Shown piece by piece: positions 29,743-39,233 of a stretch of 64,000 nt of DNA. The position numbers and the translations under genes are program-made. Source of the DNA: Candidatus Nitrospinota bacterium M3_3B_026 (GTDB lineage Bacteria; Nitrospinota_A; UBA7883; JBPRGF01); the NCBI GenBank assembly GCA_051418015.1, contig JBPRGF010000017.1, positions 96,001 to 160,000 of the forward strand, in the 5' to 3' direction. The notes beneath the pieces were generated by a model. The model was not told the DNA's origin and made no database searches. It was given only the letters and a program-made list of their open reading frames with translations. Every line of letters starts with the position of its first letter. The stretch's first letter is position 1.

Positions 29743-32499
29743 GTGATAATGGAAGAGATACAGCGGCTCAAGGAGCTGGTCGATCTTCATGGCCTGGCAT
29801 CCAGGCTGGGCCTGGAGCGTCCCGGCGGGCGGGGCAACTACCGCAGTCCGAAACACGACGACAAAAACCCTTCCCTATCCGTTTTCGCCGACGGGAAGGC
29901 GTGGAAGGATCATTCGACGGGCGAGGGCGGGTCGTGCATCGACCTGGTGAAATACGTCCAGGGCGCGGACACGGCGGAGGCGGTGAGGCTTCTGTGCGAG
30001 TGGTACGGAGTCGGCGCCGGAGAGCACTCCCCTTCCGCTTCCCGGGAAAAGTCGCTTCCTGAGTACATAGCCGGAAGATGCCTGGAGAAGGCCCGTGACG
30101 CGGCGGGCTACCTGTCGGGCCGTGGGATTTCCGAACCGGTCATAGAGAACGCCATAAGGTCGAAAACCCTCGGCTGGAACACGTGGACCAGCCAGAAACT
30201 TTCCCCTGGGGATCCCATGTACGGCGGCCCGGCGGCGGCGTTCATCACTCGTTCGATAAATCCCGGCCACGTCGTTGCGGTCGACCTGCGCTATGAGAAT
30301 CCCGATCTCAACGGCGGCCTGAAAACCGTCTGCCACGGTGAGAAGTCGGGTCATCCGTGGGCGTCGAGCTGGGAGTCCGTCCGCCGGGCGAGGGTCGTTT
30401 ATATCGTCGAGTCGCCGATCAACGCGCTGTCGGTGGAGACGGCGGGGATAAAGGGCGCGGCGGCTGTGGCCACGCGGGGCGTGTCTGCCGTGGGTTCGAT
30501 CGACTGGCGTTTCCTGCGTGGCAAGACGGCGGTCGTCGTCATGGACAACGACGACCCGGGCGAGGACGGGCGCAGGCCCGGTCCCGAGGCGGCGTGGGAG
30601 ATAAACGAGCGTCTGACGGCGCTTTCCGCCGCGTCGCTGATGGCCGACCAGGGCGAATGGGAGCATAACGACGTCAACGATATCCTGCGCGACGCCGGTG
30701 TTGACGAGCTTCGCCGGGTTCTGCGGAAGCTCGAGCCGTGGGCGATCCCCGGCCTGCCGGGCAGGGACGGGAAAGGCCGGGCGCGCGTATGGCTCCCCCC
30801 GCACGACTACGCCCAGTACTGGCGTTTCCGGGTGAGGGAGGATTTCACGAGCCACGTGTCCCGCGCCGATCCCGGCGACGACGGGGAAGAGCGCCTGCGT
30901 TTCGAGGACGTGGCCGGTTTCCGCGTGGCGTCGCTTTCGCGGGTGGAGGTGGCGGGCGCGGTGTCGGTGATGACGGGCGAGGATGACGTGTCGCCGAGGG
31001 TGAGCTTCGCCGTGAGCGCGCAGGTTCCGCGGCACGGGCCGAACCTTCTGCGTCGCGTCTTCGCGGACGAGGACCTGAGCAACGTTGAGAAGTGGAAGAA
31101 GTTCGGTCCTGTGTTCAAGCCGTATCTGTTCTCGCGCCTGGTGACGATCTGGGAGCGGGCGGCGCGGATCGGCGAGCGGCGCGTGGCGAACTTCGTGGGC
31201 CTGGCCTGGCTGGACGGCAAACCGGTGGTCAACGAAGGCCCGGACTGCTACTTCACGGACCCCGAGAAACAGTGCCCCTACCATTCGCTCACGTTTCCAT
31301 CGGGACCCGTCCACGAAGCAAGACGGGTCATATCCGCCTGGCAGGAGACTTTCAGGAAGAACGCGGCGGCGACGCTTCTAGCCTGGGGGCTGGGGTCGCA
31401 TTTAAAAGCGTTTCTCGGGTTCTGGCCGCACATGATCATGCAGGCGGACAAGGGAGCCGGCAAGAGCACGCTGGTCAAGCGCCTTGAGCGGACGATCGCG
31501 ATGACGATGTTCAGCGGCCAGAGCCTGGGGACGGAGTTCCGGCTGCTGACCAGCGTGTCGCACACGTCGCATCCGGTGGGCTGGGAGGAGCTTTCGGCGC
31601 GCAAGCAGGAGGTGATCGACAAGGCGGTGGCCCTGTTGCAGGAGGGTTACCAGTACTCGGTGACCAGGCGCGGCAGCGAGATGACGGAATATCTCATCAG
31701 CGCCTCCGTGCTGCTCGCCGGGGAGGACGTGCCGGTCAGGTCGCTGCTGGGCAAGGTCGTCCGGACCGAGCTCACCGGCCGGAAGGGAGCGCTTCTGCCG
31801 CACGATCTGCCGCGGTTCCCGATCCTTGAATGGCTGAAGTTTCTGGCCGGGCTCGACCGCGAACGGGCCCTGGAGGGGCACGCCCGGGCACTCGAATACC
31901 TGCTCGCCCGCAGCCGCGCTCCGAAGGAGGACACGCAGGCGCAGAGGATGTCCGGCAATTACGCCGCCGTTCTGTTCTCGTGGCGGCTTCTCTGCGAGTT
32001 CGCGGGGATCGACGAGAGCCGGGGAGGTTTCATCGACGACCTGGTCGAGGAGATGAACGTCCACCTGGCGGAGACCGTCGCCGACCGGGAGCCGTGGGTC
32101 TGGATCATGGAGATCGCCCTGTCGGAGATCGCGTCCGGAGCCTTCCGCCACCCTTACACGTGGGACCGGATATGCGATCCGGAGACCTACGAGAGCGAAC
32201 GATGCCTGATCGTCCGCTCGAGCCACGTCATGGATCACATCGCCCACACGATGAGCCTGCGTGACAAGTGGAACATGCTCCCGGTGAAGTCCGACCGCGT
32301 GTTCAAGCGTCAGCTCATGGCGTCGGGAGTGGTGGCAAACGACAACGTGGAGCGGACGATCGACGGAAAGCGTCTGAGCAGGATGCTGGCCATAAGCGTC
32401 GAGCGGCTGGAGCGGTTCGGCCTTGACGCCCCCGTCGAGGAGCCCCGGCCGCTCGGCTGGGCCGCGGATGGAGGAGGCGGCGATGAGATACCGTTCTGA
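29743..32499 (+). CDS. Phage-type TOPRIM primase fused to C-terminal P-loop helicase-like domain
   Basis: Degenerate CHC2-like N-terminus (YRSPKHDDKNPSL..WKDH..GEGGSCIDLV), TOPRIM VYIVESPINALS/MDND, P-loop ADKGAGKST. Confidence 0.82.
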   Translation: MIMEEIQRLKELVDLHGLASRLGLERPGGRGNYRSPKHDDKNPSLSVFADGKAWKDHSTGEGGSCIDLVKYVQGADTAEAVRLLCEWYGVGAGEHSPSASREKSLPEYIAGRCLEKARDAAGYLSGRGISEPVIENAIRSKTLGWNTWTSQKLSPGDPMYGGPAAAFITRSINPGHVVAVDLRYENPDLNGGLKTVCHGEKSGHPWASSWESVRRARVVYIVESPINALSVETAGIKGAAAVATRGVSAVGSIDWRFLRGKTAVVVMDNDDPGEDGRRPGPEAAWEINERLTALSAASLMADQGEWEHNDVNDILRDAGVDELRRVLRKLEPWAIPGLPGRDGKGRARVWLPPHDYAQYWRFRVREDFTSHVSRADPGDDGEERLRFEDVAGFRVASLSRVEVAGAVSVMTGEDDVSPRVSFAVSAQVPRHGPNLLRRVFADEDLSNVEKWKKFGPVFKPYLFSRLVTIWERAARIGERRVANFVGLAWLDGKPVVNEGPDCYFTDPEKQCPYHSLTFPSGPVHEARRVISAWQETFRKNAAATLLAWGLGSHLKAFLGFWPHMIMQADKGAGKSTLVKRLERTIAMTMFSGQSLGTEFRLLTSVSHTSHPVGWEELSARKQEVIDKAVALLQEGYQYSVTRRGSEMTEYLISASVLLAGEDVPVRSLLGKVVRTELTGRKGALLPHDLPRFPILEWLKFLAGLDRERALEGHARALEYLLARSRAPKEDTQAQRMSGNYAAVLFSWRLLCEFAGIDESRGGFIDDLVEEMNVHLAETVADREPWVWIMEIALSEIASGAFRHPYTWDRICDPETYESERCLIVRSSHVMDHIAHTMSLRDKWNMLPVKSDRVFKRQLMASGVVANDNVERTIDGKRLSRMLAISVERLERFGLDAPVEEPRPLGWAADGGGGDEIPF

Positions 32500-32639
32500 T
32501 CGTACCCGCGTACAAAGCTTCAAGATTCGAAGATATTTTTGTCCGAAATATCGGTCGCCAGGTATCGGGGGCATTTCCAGAAACTGGTGGGTATTACCTG
32601 TCGCCGTCCCTAACTCATTGATGTGGGAGAGCGATACCC

Positions 32640-32960
32640 CCATCAGTCACCCTGTAAATTCCATCATTTTCGCTTTTCGTTCCATCATTTTCGCCTTTTT
32701 CTCCAACAGTCCGTTTTTTGGCCGCAGTCCTTTATATTCTCTCTTTAAGATTGATTATCAAAGAGAAAGAGAGATAAAGGGGGCCGGATCGCGTCCATCA
32801 GTTTTCAGGGTGTATGAAAAAGTAGTCCATCAGTTTCCATCAAAAAAAAGCGCTGACTGGTGGAAGCTGATGGAAGCCAGGCGTTTGAATAACAAGAGGG
32901 AAAGCGCCGGAAAGGCTCCTTCCATCAATCCATCAAAAAATCTCCCCGTCCCCCCTTTTC
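32640..32960. repeat. Iteron-like TCCATCA repeats with AT-rich inverted core; putative replication origin
   Basis: TCCATCA at 32660, 32681, 32794, 32826, 32836, 32921, 32929; inverted at 32868; TTCCATCATTTTCGC repeated at 21-bp spacing; directly after the primase. Confidence 0.7.
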
Positions 32961-33226
32961 GCCGGGAGCGTTATGTACCGAGGTACAGAAATGAGGGGTG
33001 TTGAAAGGAGCGAAGGGTGACGAAGAACGGGAATGACACCGGCGCGTGTCCCGAAAACCCCGCAAGGGTTTATGGACGAAATCGCCGTACGCGCCCTGAG
33101 ATCGCCCAGGAGGCGAGGTTTCCTCGCGCCGGTGTCTTTTCCCCTCTTCCGGGTGGAAATCCCGTCAGCGGGCGTCTCGCGCCCGGATTTCGGCTTTGTG
33201 GTTTTGTTCTGGAGGAGGGATAGCCG

Positions 33227-34249
33227 GTGAAGCCCGTCGCGGTCTGGCGTCTGACGTGGCGGGCGGATCCCCGGGCCTGCGCCCTGGCGGACCGGCATTA
33301 CAGCCGGAAGACGCCCGGCTCGCGCCAGGTCGCCCCTCCGGGCCGGGCGCTTGTTCTGCTGGCGGGGCGCGCCGACCGGGAGGCGCTGTTCGTTCTGAGC
33401 AGCCAGAGATACGTCCGCCGGGAGCTTTATCCCGGCGCGTGGGTCGTGACGCTTTTTCGGAACGAGTCGCGCGCCAGGTCGAGCGCCCTGATCCGCGAGG
33501 CCCTGGCCTCCTGTCGCCACGCGTGGGGGGATCCGCCCGAAGACGGCGTCGTGACGTTCGTCGACCCGCGCAAGGTCCGGCCGAAGCGCGACTTCGGCCG
33601 CTGTTTCCTGCGGGCCGGTTTCGAACCCGCCGGCGAGACGAAGAGCGGCCTGCTGGTCCTGCGCCTGGCCGCGGACCGCCTCCCCTGCCCGGTCTCGCCG
33701 CGCCACGCGCAGCTGAGCTTCGGATTCGCCGCGGGCTCGCCGTCGGACGATGAGCCGGACGAGACGTGGGATCTGACGGTGGAATGGGTGGAGTCCCGGC
33801 GCGCCGCGCTGACAGGCTGGGCGCGCCGCAGGTCCCGCGAGCTGGGCGTCGAGCTGGGGGAGGAGGACGTTATCCAGCAGGCCTACCTCGCAGCGTGGGA
33901 GACTTTTACGCAGGACCCGCCCCCGGAGGAGCCGGACCGGTACTTCTGGACCGTGTTGCGCAACCAGTTCGCGCCGCTTCTCGCCTCGGCAGAGCCCCTC
34001 GATGAGGACATCCCGGTGAACGGGACGCCGTCTTCGGGCCGGCGTCCGCTTTCCGATTCGCAATTGGCGCTGGCCCTGGCGCGGATGCGCGTTCCCGAGC
34101 GCAAGGTGTGGCGCGGCCTGTTGCGCGCGGGCGGGTCGCTGACGGTCGTGGCCGGAAAACTGGGGGTATCGAAACCGAGGGTGGCGCAGCTCCGTGACGC
34201 GGGCCTGGCCCGTGTCCGCGCCGCCGCCCTGGAAGCGGAAAAAAAATAA
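33227..34249 (+). CDS. Fusion of a Mom/GNAT-like phage domain and a sigma-70 (ECF-like) region 2/4 domain
   Basis: N: ADRHYSR..PPG..W..FRNE..SS.LIREA..TFVD..KV..G.CF..AGF; C: EDVIQQAYLAAW..YFWTVLRN and HTH SLTVVAGKLGVSKPRVAQL. Confidence 0.65.
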   Translation: MKPVAVWRLTWRADPRACALADRHYSRKTPGSRQVAPPGRALVLLAGRADREALFVLSSQRYVRRELYPGAWVVTLFRNESRARSSALIREALASCRHAWGDPPEDGVVTFVDPRKVRPKRDFGRCFLRAGFEPAGETKSGLLVLRLAADRLPCPVSPRHAQLSFGFAAGSPSDDEPDETWDLTVEWVESRRAALTGWARRRSRELGVELGEEDVIQQAYLAAWETFTQDPPPEEPDRYFWTVLRNQFAPLLASAEPLDEDIPVNGTPSSGRRPLSDSQLALALARMRVPERKVWRGLLRAGGSLTVVAGKLGVSKPRVAQLRDAGLARVRAAALEAEKK

Positions 34250-34405
34250 AAAAATTTTTTTCGGGTGGATTTCGCCCCGCCTGAAATCGAAGCTTTCTAA
34301 AAAACTTAAAAAACAAATAAACGAGGTACCAATAAACAAGAGAGGTACCTTACCTGTATATTTTTGCAAGAACGGCGCCCGGCCTTGCGCCGGCTTATCG
34401 TCAGT

Positions 34406-34455
34406 CCTCTCCAGGTCTTTACCCCCCGGACTCTTATATAACGAGGGGCTTTTTG
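34406..34455 (+). promoter_or_regulatory. Element-specific promoter/operator, copy 1 (upstream of parM)
   Basis: CCTCTCC.GGTCTTTACCCC-N4-ACTCTTATATAACGAG.GGCTTTT, also present at 35779-35827. Confidence 0.65.
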
Positions 34456-34554
34456 CCGCGTATCGCGCGATACGGAGCCCGAAACGTGGGCGCAACGCGC
34501 GATACCCCCCTCGTGGAGGGCGTGTAAACGACATTTCGATGAAAGGAGACGAAC

Positions 34555-35529
34555 ATGATCGGGTTGGATATAGGGTTCGGCGACGTGAAGGCGGTGGTGG
34601 CGCCCCCGGAAGGCGAAAACGAGGCGAAAATAAAGTTCCCCACGTCGGTCTCCTACGCGGCGACGGGGCCGGTGGACCTGCCCGGCTCGGGGAACGGCGC
34701 GAGGGAGTACGAGTACCAGGGCAGGCGTTACGTGGTCGGCTCCGGCCTGGCGTCTTCGTTCTCGACGCGGAGCTGGGACTTCTACGAGCGTTACGCCCCT
34801 CTGCTTGCCTGGGAGGCGGTCCGCGGCCGCCTGGGGCTGGACTCTCCGCGCCTTCCGGCGGCGGTGGGCCTGCCGCTGGCCTGGTACACGCCGGGGAACC
34901 GCGGCCTGCTGACCCGCCGCCTGCGCCGGATAGAGATGGATGGGGCCGGCTCCCCCCTGGAGCTGGACGTGGAAGTGTACCCCCAGGGCGCGGGAGCGCT
35001 GTTCGACTATCGGCTGGATGACTCGGGCTCCGAGCGCCCTGGCACGGCCGTTTCCGGCCTCGTGATCGACATCGGCTTCAACACGGTCGATGTCGTGGCT
35101 TTCGAGAACGGCGCGGCGGTGAAGGCCGACTCGGGGATGCTGGAGCGGGCGGGGATATCGCGTCCCGCCGGCGAGCTGGCCCGCCTTCTCCAGGCGGAGA
35201 CGACGATAAACCTCTCCGAGCAGGAGGGCAAGGAGGCCCTCGCGCGCGGCAGCCTTTCGGTCTACGGCCACGAGAAGGACCTTTCGGAGCCTGCCCGGCG
35301 CGTGGTCGAGGATTACGCCTCCTGGCTGATGTCGGTGGTGGCCTCCCGCTGGGAGGACGGCATCCAGCGGGCGGACGTCCTGATCCTGGCCGGCGGCGGG
35401 GCGAGGTACCTGGCCCCGTACGCGCCGTCGCGGTACCGGGACCTGCTTTACACGCCCGATGAGCCGGAGTTCGCCAACGCGCGGGGTTTTCTGAAGGCGC
35501 TGACGGCGTCGAGCGGAGCGGCGATGTGA
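34555..35529 (+). CDS. parM: ParM/StbA actin-like partition ATPase
   Basis: IGLDIGFGDVK, GLP, PQGAGA, VIDIGFNTVD, LAGGGA, EFANARGF. Confidence 0.88.
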   Translation: MIGLDIGFGDVKAVVAPPEGENEAKIKFPTSVSYAATGPVDLPGSGNGAREYEYQGRRYVVGSGLASSFSTRSWDFYERYAPLLAWEAVRGRLGLDSPRLPAAVGLPLAWYTPGNRGLLTRRLRRIEMDGAGSPLELDVEVYPQGAGALFDYRLDDSGSERPGTAVSGLVIDIGFNTVDVVAFENGAAVKADSGMLERAGISRPAGELARLLQAETTINLSEQEGKEALARGSLSVYGHEKDLSEPARRVVEDYASWLMSVVASRWEDGIQRADVLILAGGGARYLAPYAPSRYRDLLYTPDEPEFANARGFLKALTASSGAAM

Positions 35530-35777
35530 GGCTGTCGCTGACCCTTCGCAGCGCGGCGCTCGCGTCCCGGCTGCGCGCCATCCCGAAGAAATACCGGTCG
35601 AGGGTGGCCGAGCGCGCGCTGGAGAGCTACTTCGACGGCCCCGAGGGGCGGGCGCTGCTCGGCGTGTTCGAGGCCGCCGCGGCCGTCCCCGAAGGCGCTG
35701 AAAAAAATTCAAAAAAATTTCAGAGCTCCCATTTGTCTGTAATACGGAGGGTTATGGGGGACATGGAGGAGTTTTGA
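35526..35777 (+). CDS. Small ParR-like DNA-binding partner of ParM
   Basis: 83 aa, GTGA-coupled to parM; L..IPK..RS..ERAL..YF pattern. Confidence 0.55.
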   Translation: MRLSLTLRSAALASRLRAIPKKYRSRVAERALESYFDGPEGRALLGVFEAAAAVPEGAEKNSKKFQSSHLSVIRRVMGDMEEF

Positions 35778-35778
35778 C

Positions 35779-35827
35779 CCTCTCCGGGTCTTTACCCCTC
35801 CCACTCTTATATAACGAGAGGCTTTTG
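35779..35827 (+). promoter_or_regulatory. Element-specific promoter/operator, copy 2 (upstream of pilin/tra operon)
   Basis: Near-identical to 34406-34455; followed by AAAGGAGG and ATG 35846. Confidence 0.65.
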
Positions 35828-35845
35828 TTACTAAAGGAGGACGAC

Positions 35846-36139
35846 ATGAACAGGATTTTTCTGGCGGCGGCGCTTGCCGGCGCGACTCTGGCGGTCCCGG
35901 ACATAGCGTCCGCGATGGCGGAGCCGGGGGCGGGCGATTTCGCCTACGACCTGTACGACATCGCGATAAACAAGATCCAGAAAGGCCCCATCGGGTTCGT
36001 GGGCGGCTGGGGCGCGATGCTGTTCGGCGCGGTGCTGGCGGCGCGCGGGGCGATCCTGCAGGCCATCCCGACGATCCTGGCGGGGGCGGCGATCCTGAAG
36101 GCGGACACCATCGTCACCACCCTGGGCGCGATCATCTGA
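35846..36139 (+). CDS. traA: Conjugative pilin
   Basis: Signal peptide plus two hydrophobic helices, GPIGFVGG; first gene before traL. Confidence 0.7.
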   Translation: MNRIFLAAALAGATLAVPDIASAMAEPGAGDFAYDLYDIAINKIQKGPIGFVGGWGAMLFGAVLAARGAILQAIPTILAGAAILKADTIVTTLGAII

Positions 36140-36408
36140 TGGATAAAAGGTTCCCGCGGTACCTGAACTCGCCGATGCAGGTGCTCTGGTTCGAGGCGGA
36201 CGAGCTTGCGGTCCTGTTTTTTTTCTTCGCGGTGGCGCTGAATTTCGAGAGCTGGACGATGTGGGGCGTGGCGGCCGCCGCGCCCTGGATATTCGGCAAG
36301 CTGAAACGGCGCTATCCCCGGGGCGCGCTGAAGCACCTGTTCTACTTCGCGGGTCTGACGACCCCGCCTGGCGCGCCCACCTGGTTCGAAAAGGACTTTT
36401 GTGAATGA
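36139..36408 (+). CDS. traL: Pilus assembly protein TraL
   Basis: FPRYLNSP.QVLWFEADE, K...PRG.LKH..YF.G. Confidence 0.85.
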   Translation: MDKRFPRYLNSPMQVLWFEADELAVLFFFFAVALNFESWTMWGVAAAAPWIFGKLKRRYPRGALKHLFYFAGLTTPPGAPTWFEKDFCE

Positions 36409-36448
36409 AGTCGAACCTGCATCGCAACTTCGAAAAGGACTTTTGCGA

Positions 36449-37009
36449 ATGAAGATGGACCTGTATCTCAACCGCGTGTCGAACGTCTACGCCGAGAACC
36501 GGCTGCTCAAGTTCGCGGTCGTGGTGATCGCCCTGGCGACGATCGCAAACGCGGCGGCGGTCTACGTCTCCTGGGGCTACCAGCGGACGGTCGTGGTCCC
36601 CCCGGTGTTGCGGGATCGGGTCGAGATCGTCGGGGAGAGGGTGAACGAGGCCTACATCCGCGAGTTCGCCCGCTACGTGACGGGCCTTCTGCTGACCTAT
36701 CACCCGAAGACCGCGCGGGGGCAGTTCGACGAGCTGCTGGGACTGGCGGCCCCGGAGGTCTACGGGCCGATGAAGGAGGAACTCTACGGCCTGGCCGAGT
36801 CGATCGAGGCGTCGCGGACCAGCTCGGTTTTCCACCTGGACGGGCTGGAGACCGGCCCCGGGCAGGGGTCGATCCGGGCGAAGGGGATGGTCCGCACGTA
36901 CATAGACGCCCTGAGAGTGGAAGACGAGCGCCGGGTCTACGTCATCGGCTACAGGCTGCGCAACGGCCGGTTCGAGATACTGTCGATCGGCGAGGAGAGG
37001 CGCAAATGA
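36449..37009 (+). CDS. traE: Pilus assembly protein TraE
   Basis: ENRLLKF, single TM, RTVVVPP, YIREFARY..LLLTY.P; position after traL. Confidence 0.82.
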   Translation: MKMDLYLNRVSNVYAENRLLKFAVVVIALATIANAAAVYVSWGYQRTVVVPPVLRDRVEIVGERVNEAYIREFARYVTGLLLTYHPKTARGQFDELLGLAAPEVYGPMKEELYGLAESIEASRTSSVFHLDGLETGPGQGSIRAKGMVRTYIDALRVEDERRVYVIGYRLRNGRFEILSIGEERRK

Positions 37010-37902
37010 TCCGGCCGATACATAAATCATCCCCGAGGGCCCTGGCCGCCGCGGTCTTTCTGATTCTTCCGCTGATGTTTTCATCCGCGGCGGCCGAGTC
37101 CCCGGGGGACAACATTGCCGCTTCACCCGTCACGGCCGACAAGGACGGTTCTCTTCCTTCTTCGCCACGGCCGGACCGGACGCCCGGCCGGGAGGGGTCT
37201 GGCATTCGCCCCGCCCCGGCCGGCTCCGGGCCGGTCACGCCGGAGACCGTGGAGCGCATCCGGCTCTCTTCGACGGACGTGAACCGCATCGTCTGCGGCG
37301 CGGGGGATATAACCGACGTCGTCTTCTCGCAGGAGAAGGGCGTGAACGTGAAGGTCGCCGGCCGGGACGCCTTCGTGAAGTTTCTGGTCAAGCGCAAGCC
37401 CGGCGGGAAGCTGGAGTACAGCGAGACGCCGTCGGAGCTTTTCGTCGTCTGCGGCGGGAAGACTTACACGCTGATAGCCCTGCCCGGGAGGATACCGTCG
37501 CGCACCGTCCGGCTGTCCACGGGCGCGGCCGCCCGCGTCGACGGGAACCGCGCCCTGCTCGGCGCGCTGCCTTTCGAGAAAAAAATCCTCGAGATCGTCA
37601 GGTACATGTACACGGGCGGCTACCCGGACTCCTTCACCGTCCGCGAGGAGGGCGGCCTGCTCGTCCTCTCCGGGCCGGAGTACGACGTCCGGCTCGTGAG
37701 GACGGTGGACGTGGAGGGGGAGGGGCTTCGCGCCCTGGAGTACGAGGTCGCCGTCAAGCGGGACGGTCTGGAGCTGTCGGAGAGGGATTTTCTTCATCCC
37801 GCCCTGTCGGAAAGGCCCCTGTCGATCGCTCTCGACGGGCCCGGCGCAACGTCCGGCCGGACCCGAAGGCTGTTCGTGGTGGAGAGGAGGTTCGCCCGAT
37901 GA
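37006..37902 (+). CDS. traK: Secretin-like TraK
   Basis: Signal peptide, LSSTDVNRIVC, S.EKG, YTLIA.P.RIP. Confidence 0.8.
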   Translation: MIRPIHKSSPRALAAAVFLILPLMFSSAAAESPGDNIAASPVTADKDGSLPSSPRPDRTPGREGSGIRPAPAGSGPVTPETVERIRLSSTDVNRIVCGAGDITDVVFSQEKGVNVKVAGRDAFVKFLVKRKPGGKLEYSETPSELFVVCGGKTYTLIALPGRIPSRTVRLSTGAAARVDGNRALLGALPFEKKILEIVRYMYTGGYPDSFTVREEGGLLVLSGPEYDVRLVRTVDVEGEGLRALEYEVAVKRDGLELSERDFLHPALSERPLSIALDGPGATSGRTRRLFVVERRFAR

Positions 37903-39233
37903 GCGCGTGGAAGGAGAAGGCGCTGGCGTGGTGGGAGGCTCTGCCTCCCGGCCGCAAGCGCGCGGCGGTCCTGTCGGCGCTCGCGGGTACGTTCATCCTC
38001 GCCGGGCTTTCCGCCTGGGAGCTCAAGGGCGGGCGCCCCGCTCCCCCGGACAGGGAGGAGACGGCGGCGCGCCCGATACGCTTGAGCCCGGCGGCGCTTG
38101 AGAGGTCGGCCTACCTGGAGACGAAAGCGCTTGCGGGGACGACCATCGAGGGCGTTCAGGATCTGCTCGAAAACTTCGAGCGGCGCGTGGACGAGCGCGT
38201 GGCCCGGGCGCTGGCCGAGTCCGAACGGGACCGCGATAAATCTGTCTCCCGGCGGAAACGCGAAAAAACCTCCGCCGGGGACTTCGAGCGTCCCGGCGGC
38301 CCAGACACAAAAACTTCCCTCACAAAAACTTCCCCCACCCCCGGGAAGGAAGCGGGAGTGAGGATGGCGGCGCGGAAGAGACCCTTCCCGCCGCCATCCC
38401 CCCTGCCTTCCGCTCCAGGCGCCGTTCCGCCCAGGGCGGGTTCGTCCTCTCCCGGCGGCCGGGCGGAGCCGGAGCTGATCGGGGGGATAGAGCTCGTCAA
38501 GGCTCCCGGCGGCCCGTCTTCCCGGGAAGACGGCGGTAAAAAAAAAGAGGAGGCGGTCTACCTTCCGCCTTCTTTCATGGAGGCGAGCTTGATATCCGGC
38601 CTTGACGCCCCCACGGTCGAGAAGGCCCGGGGCAACCCCATGCCCGCGTTGCTGAGGGTGAAGGCCCCGGCGGTGCTGCCGAACAGGGTGAAAGCCAATC
38701 TCAAGGGCTGTTTCGTCATCGCCAGCGGCTACGGCGACCTGGCCGCCGAGAGGGCATATCTGCGCCTCGACACGCTCTCCTGCATATCGAAAGGGGGCGA
38801 GTCGGTGATCGACCAGGCCGTGAAAGGGTTCGTCGTCGACACCGACGGCAAGATCGGCCTTCGCGGCCGCGTGGTCTCGAAGATGGGGGCGACGATCGCC
38901 CGGTCGATGATCGCCGGGTTCTTCGGAGGGATGGGCGACGTCCTGAAGTTCTCCGGCACGACCACCCAGGTCAACCCGCTGGGGACGCTGACGTTCAAGA
39001 CCAGCGAGATAGACAAGGAGGGCGTGGCCCAGTTCTTCGGGATGGGGGCCGGCGCGGGCCTGTCGCAGGCGGCGCAGGAAATCCAGAAATTCTATCTCGA
39101 CCTCGCCCGGCAGACGATGCCGGTGATCGAGGTCGGCGCCACGAAACAGGTGACGCTGGTGGTCCAGGAGGGCGCGTCCCTCGAGATAAAGGACGCCTGC
39201 GTCGGAGTGGAGGAAGGATGCGGACAAAAATGA
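37899..39233 (+). CDS. traB: TraB/VirB10-like protein
   Basis: TM, Pro-rich linker, LISGLDAP, LPN..ANLKGCFV, GDL..ERAY.R, DGKIGLRGRVVSK. Confidence 0.88.
   Translation: MSAWKEKALAWWEALPPGRKRAAVLSALAGTFILAGLSAWELKGGRPAPPDREETAARPIRLSPAALERSAYLETKALAGTTIEGVQDLLENFERRVDERVARALAESERDRDKSVSRRKREKTSAGDFERPGGPDTKTSLTKTSPTPGKEAGVRMAARKRPFPPPSPLPSAPGAVPPRAGSSSPGGRAEPELIGGIELVKAPGGPSSREDGGKKKEEAVYLPPSFMEASLISGLDAPTVEKARGNPMPALLRVKAPAVLPNRVKANLKGCFVIASGYGDLAAERAYLRLDTLSCISKGGESVIDQAVKGFVVDTDGKIGLRGRVVSKMGATIARSMIAGFFGGMGDVLKFSGTTTQVNPLGTLTFKTSEIDKEGVAQFFGMGAGAGLSQAAQEIQKFYLDLARQTMPVIEVGATKQVTLVVQEGASLEIKDACVGVEEGCGQK

Noticed and set aside
25803..32499. Prophage call for the phage-like left arm
   Set aside because: No capsid, terminase, tail or lysis genes; the block is contiguous with partition and conjugation genes
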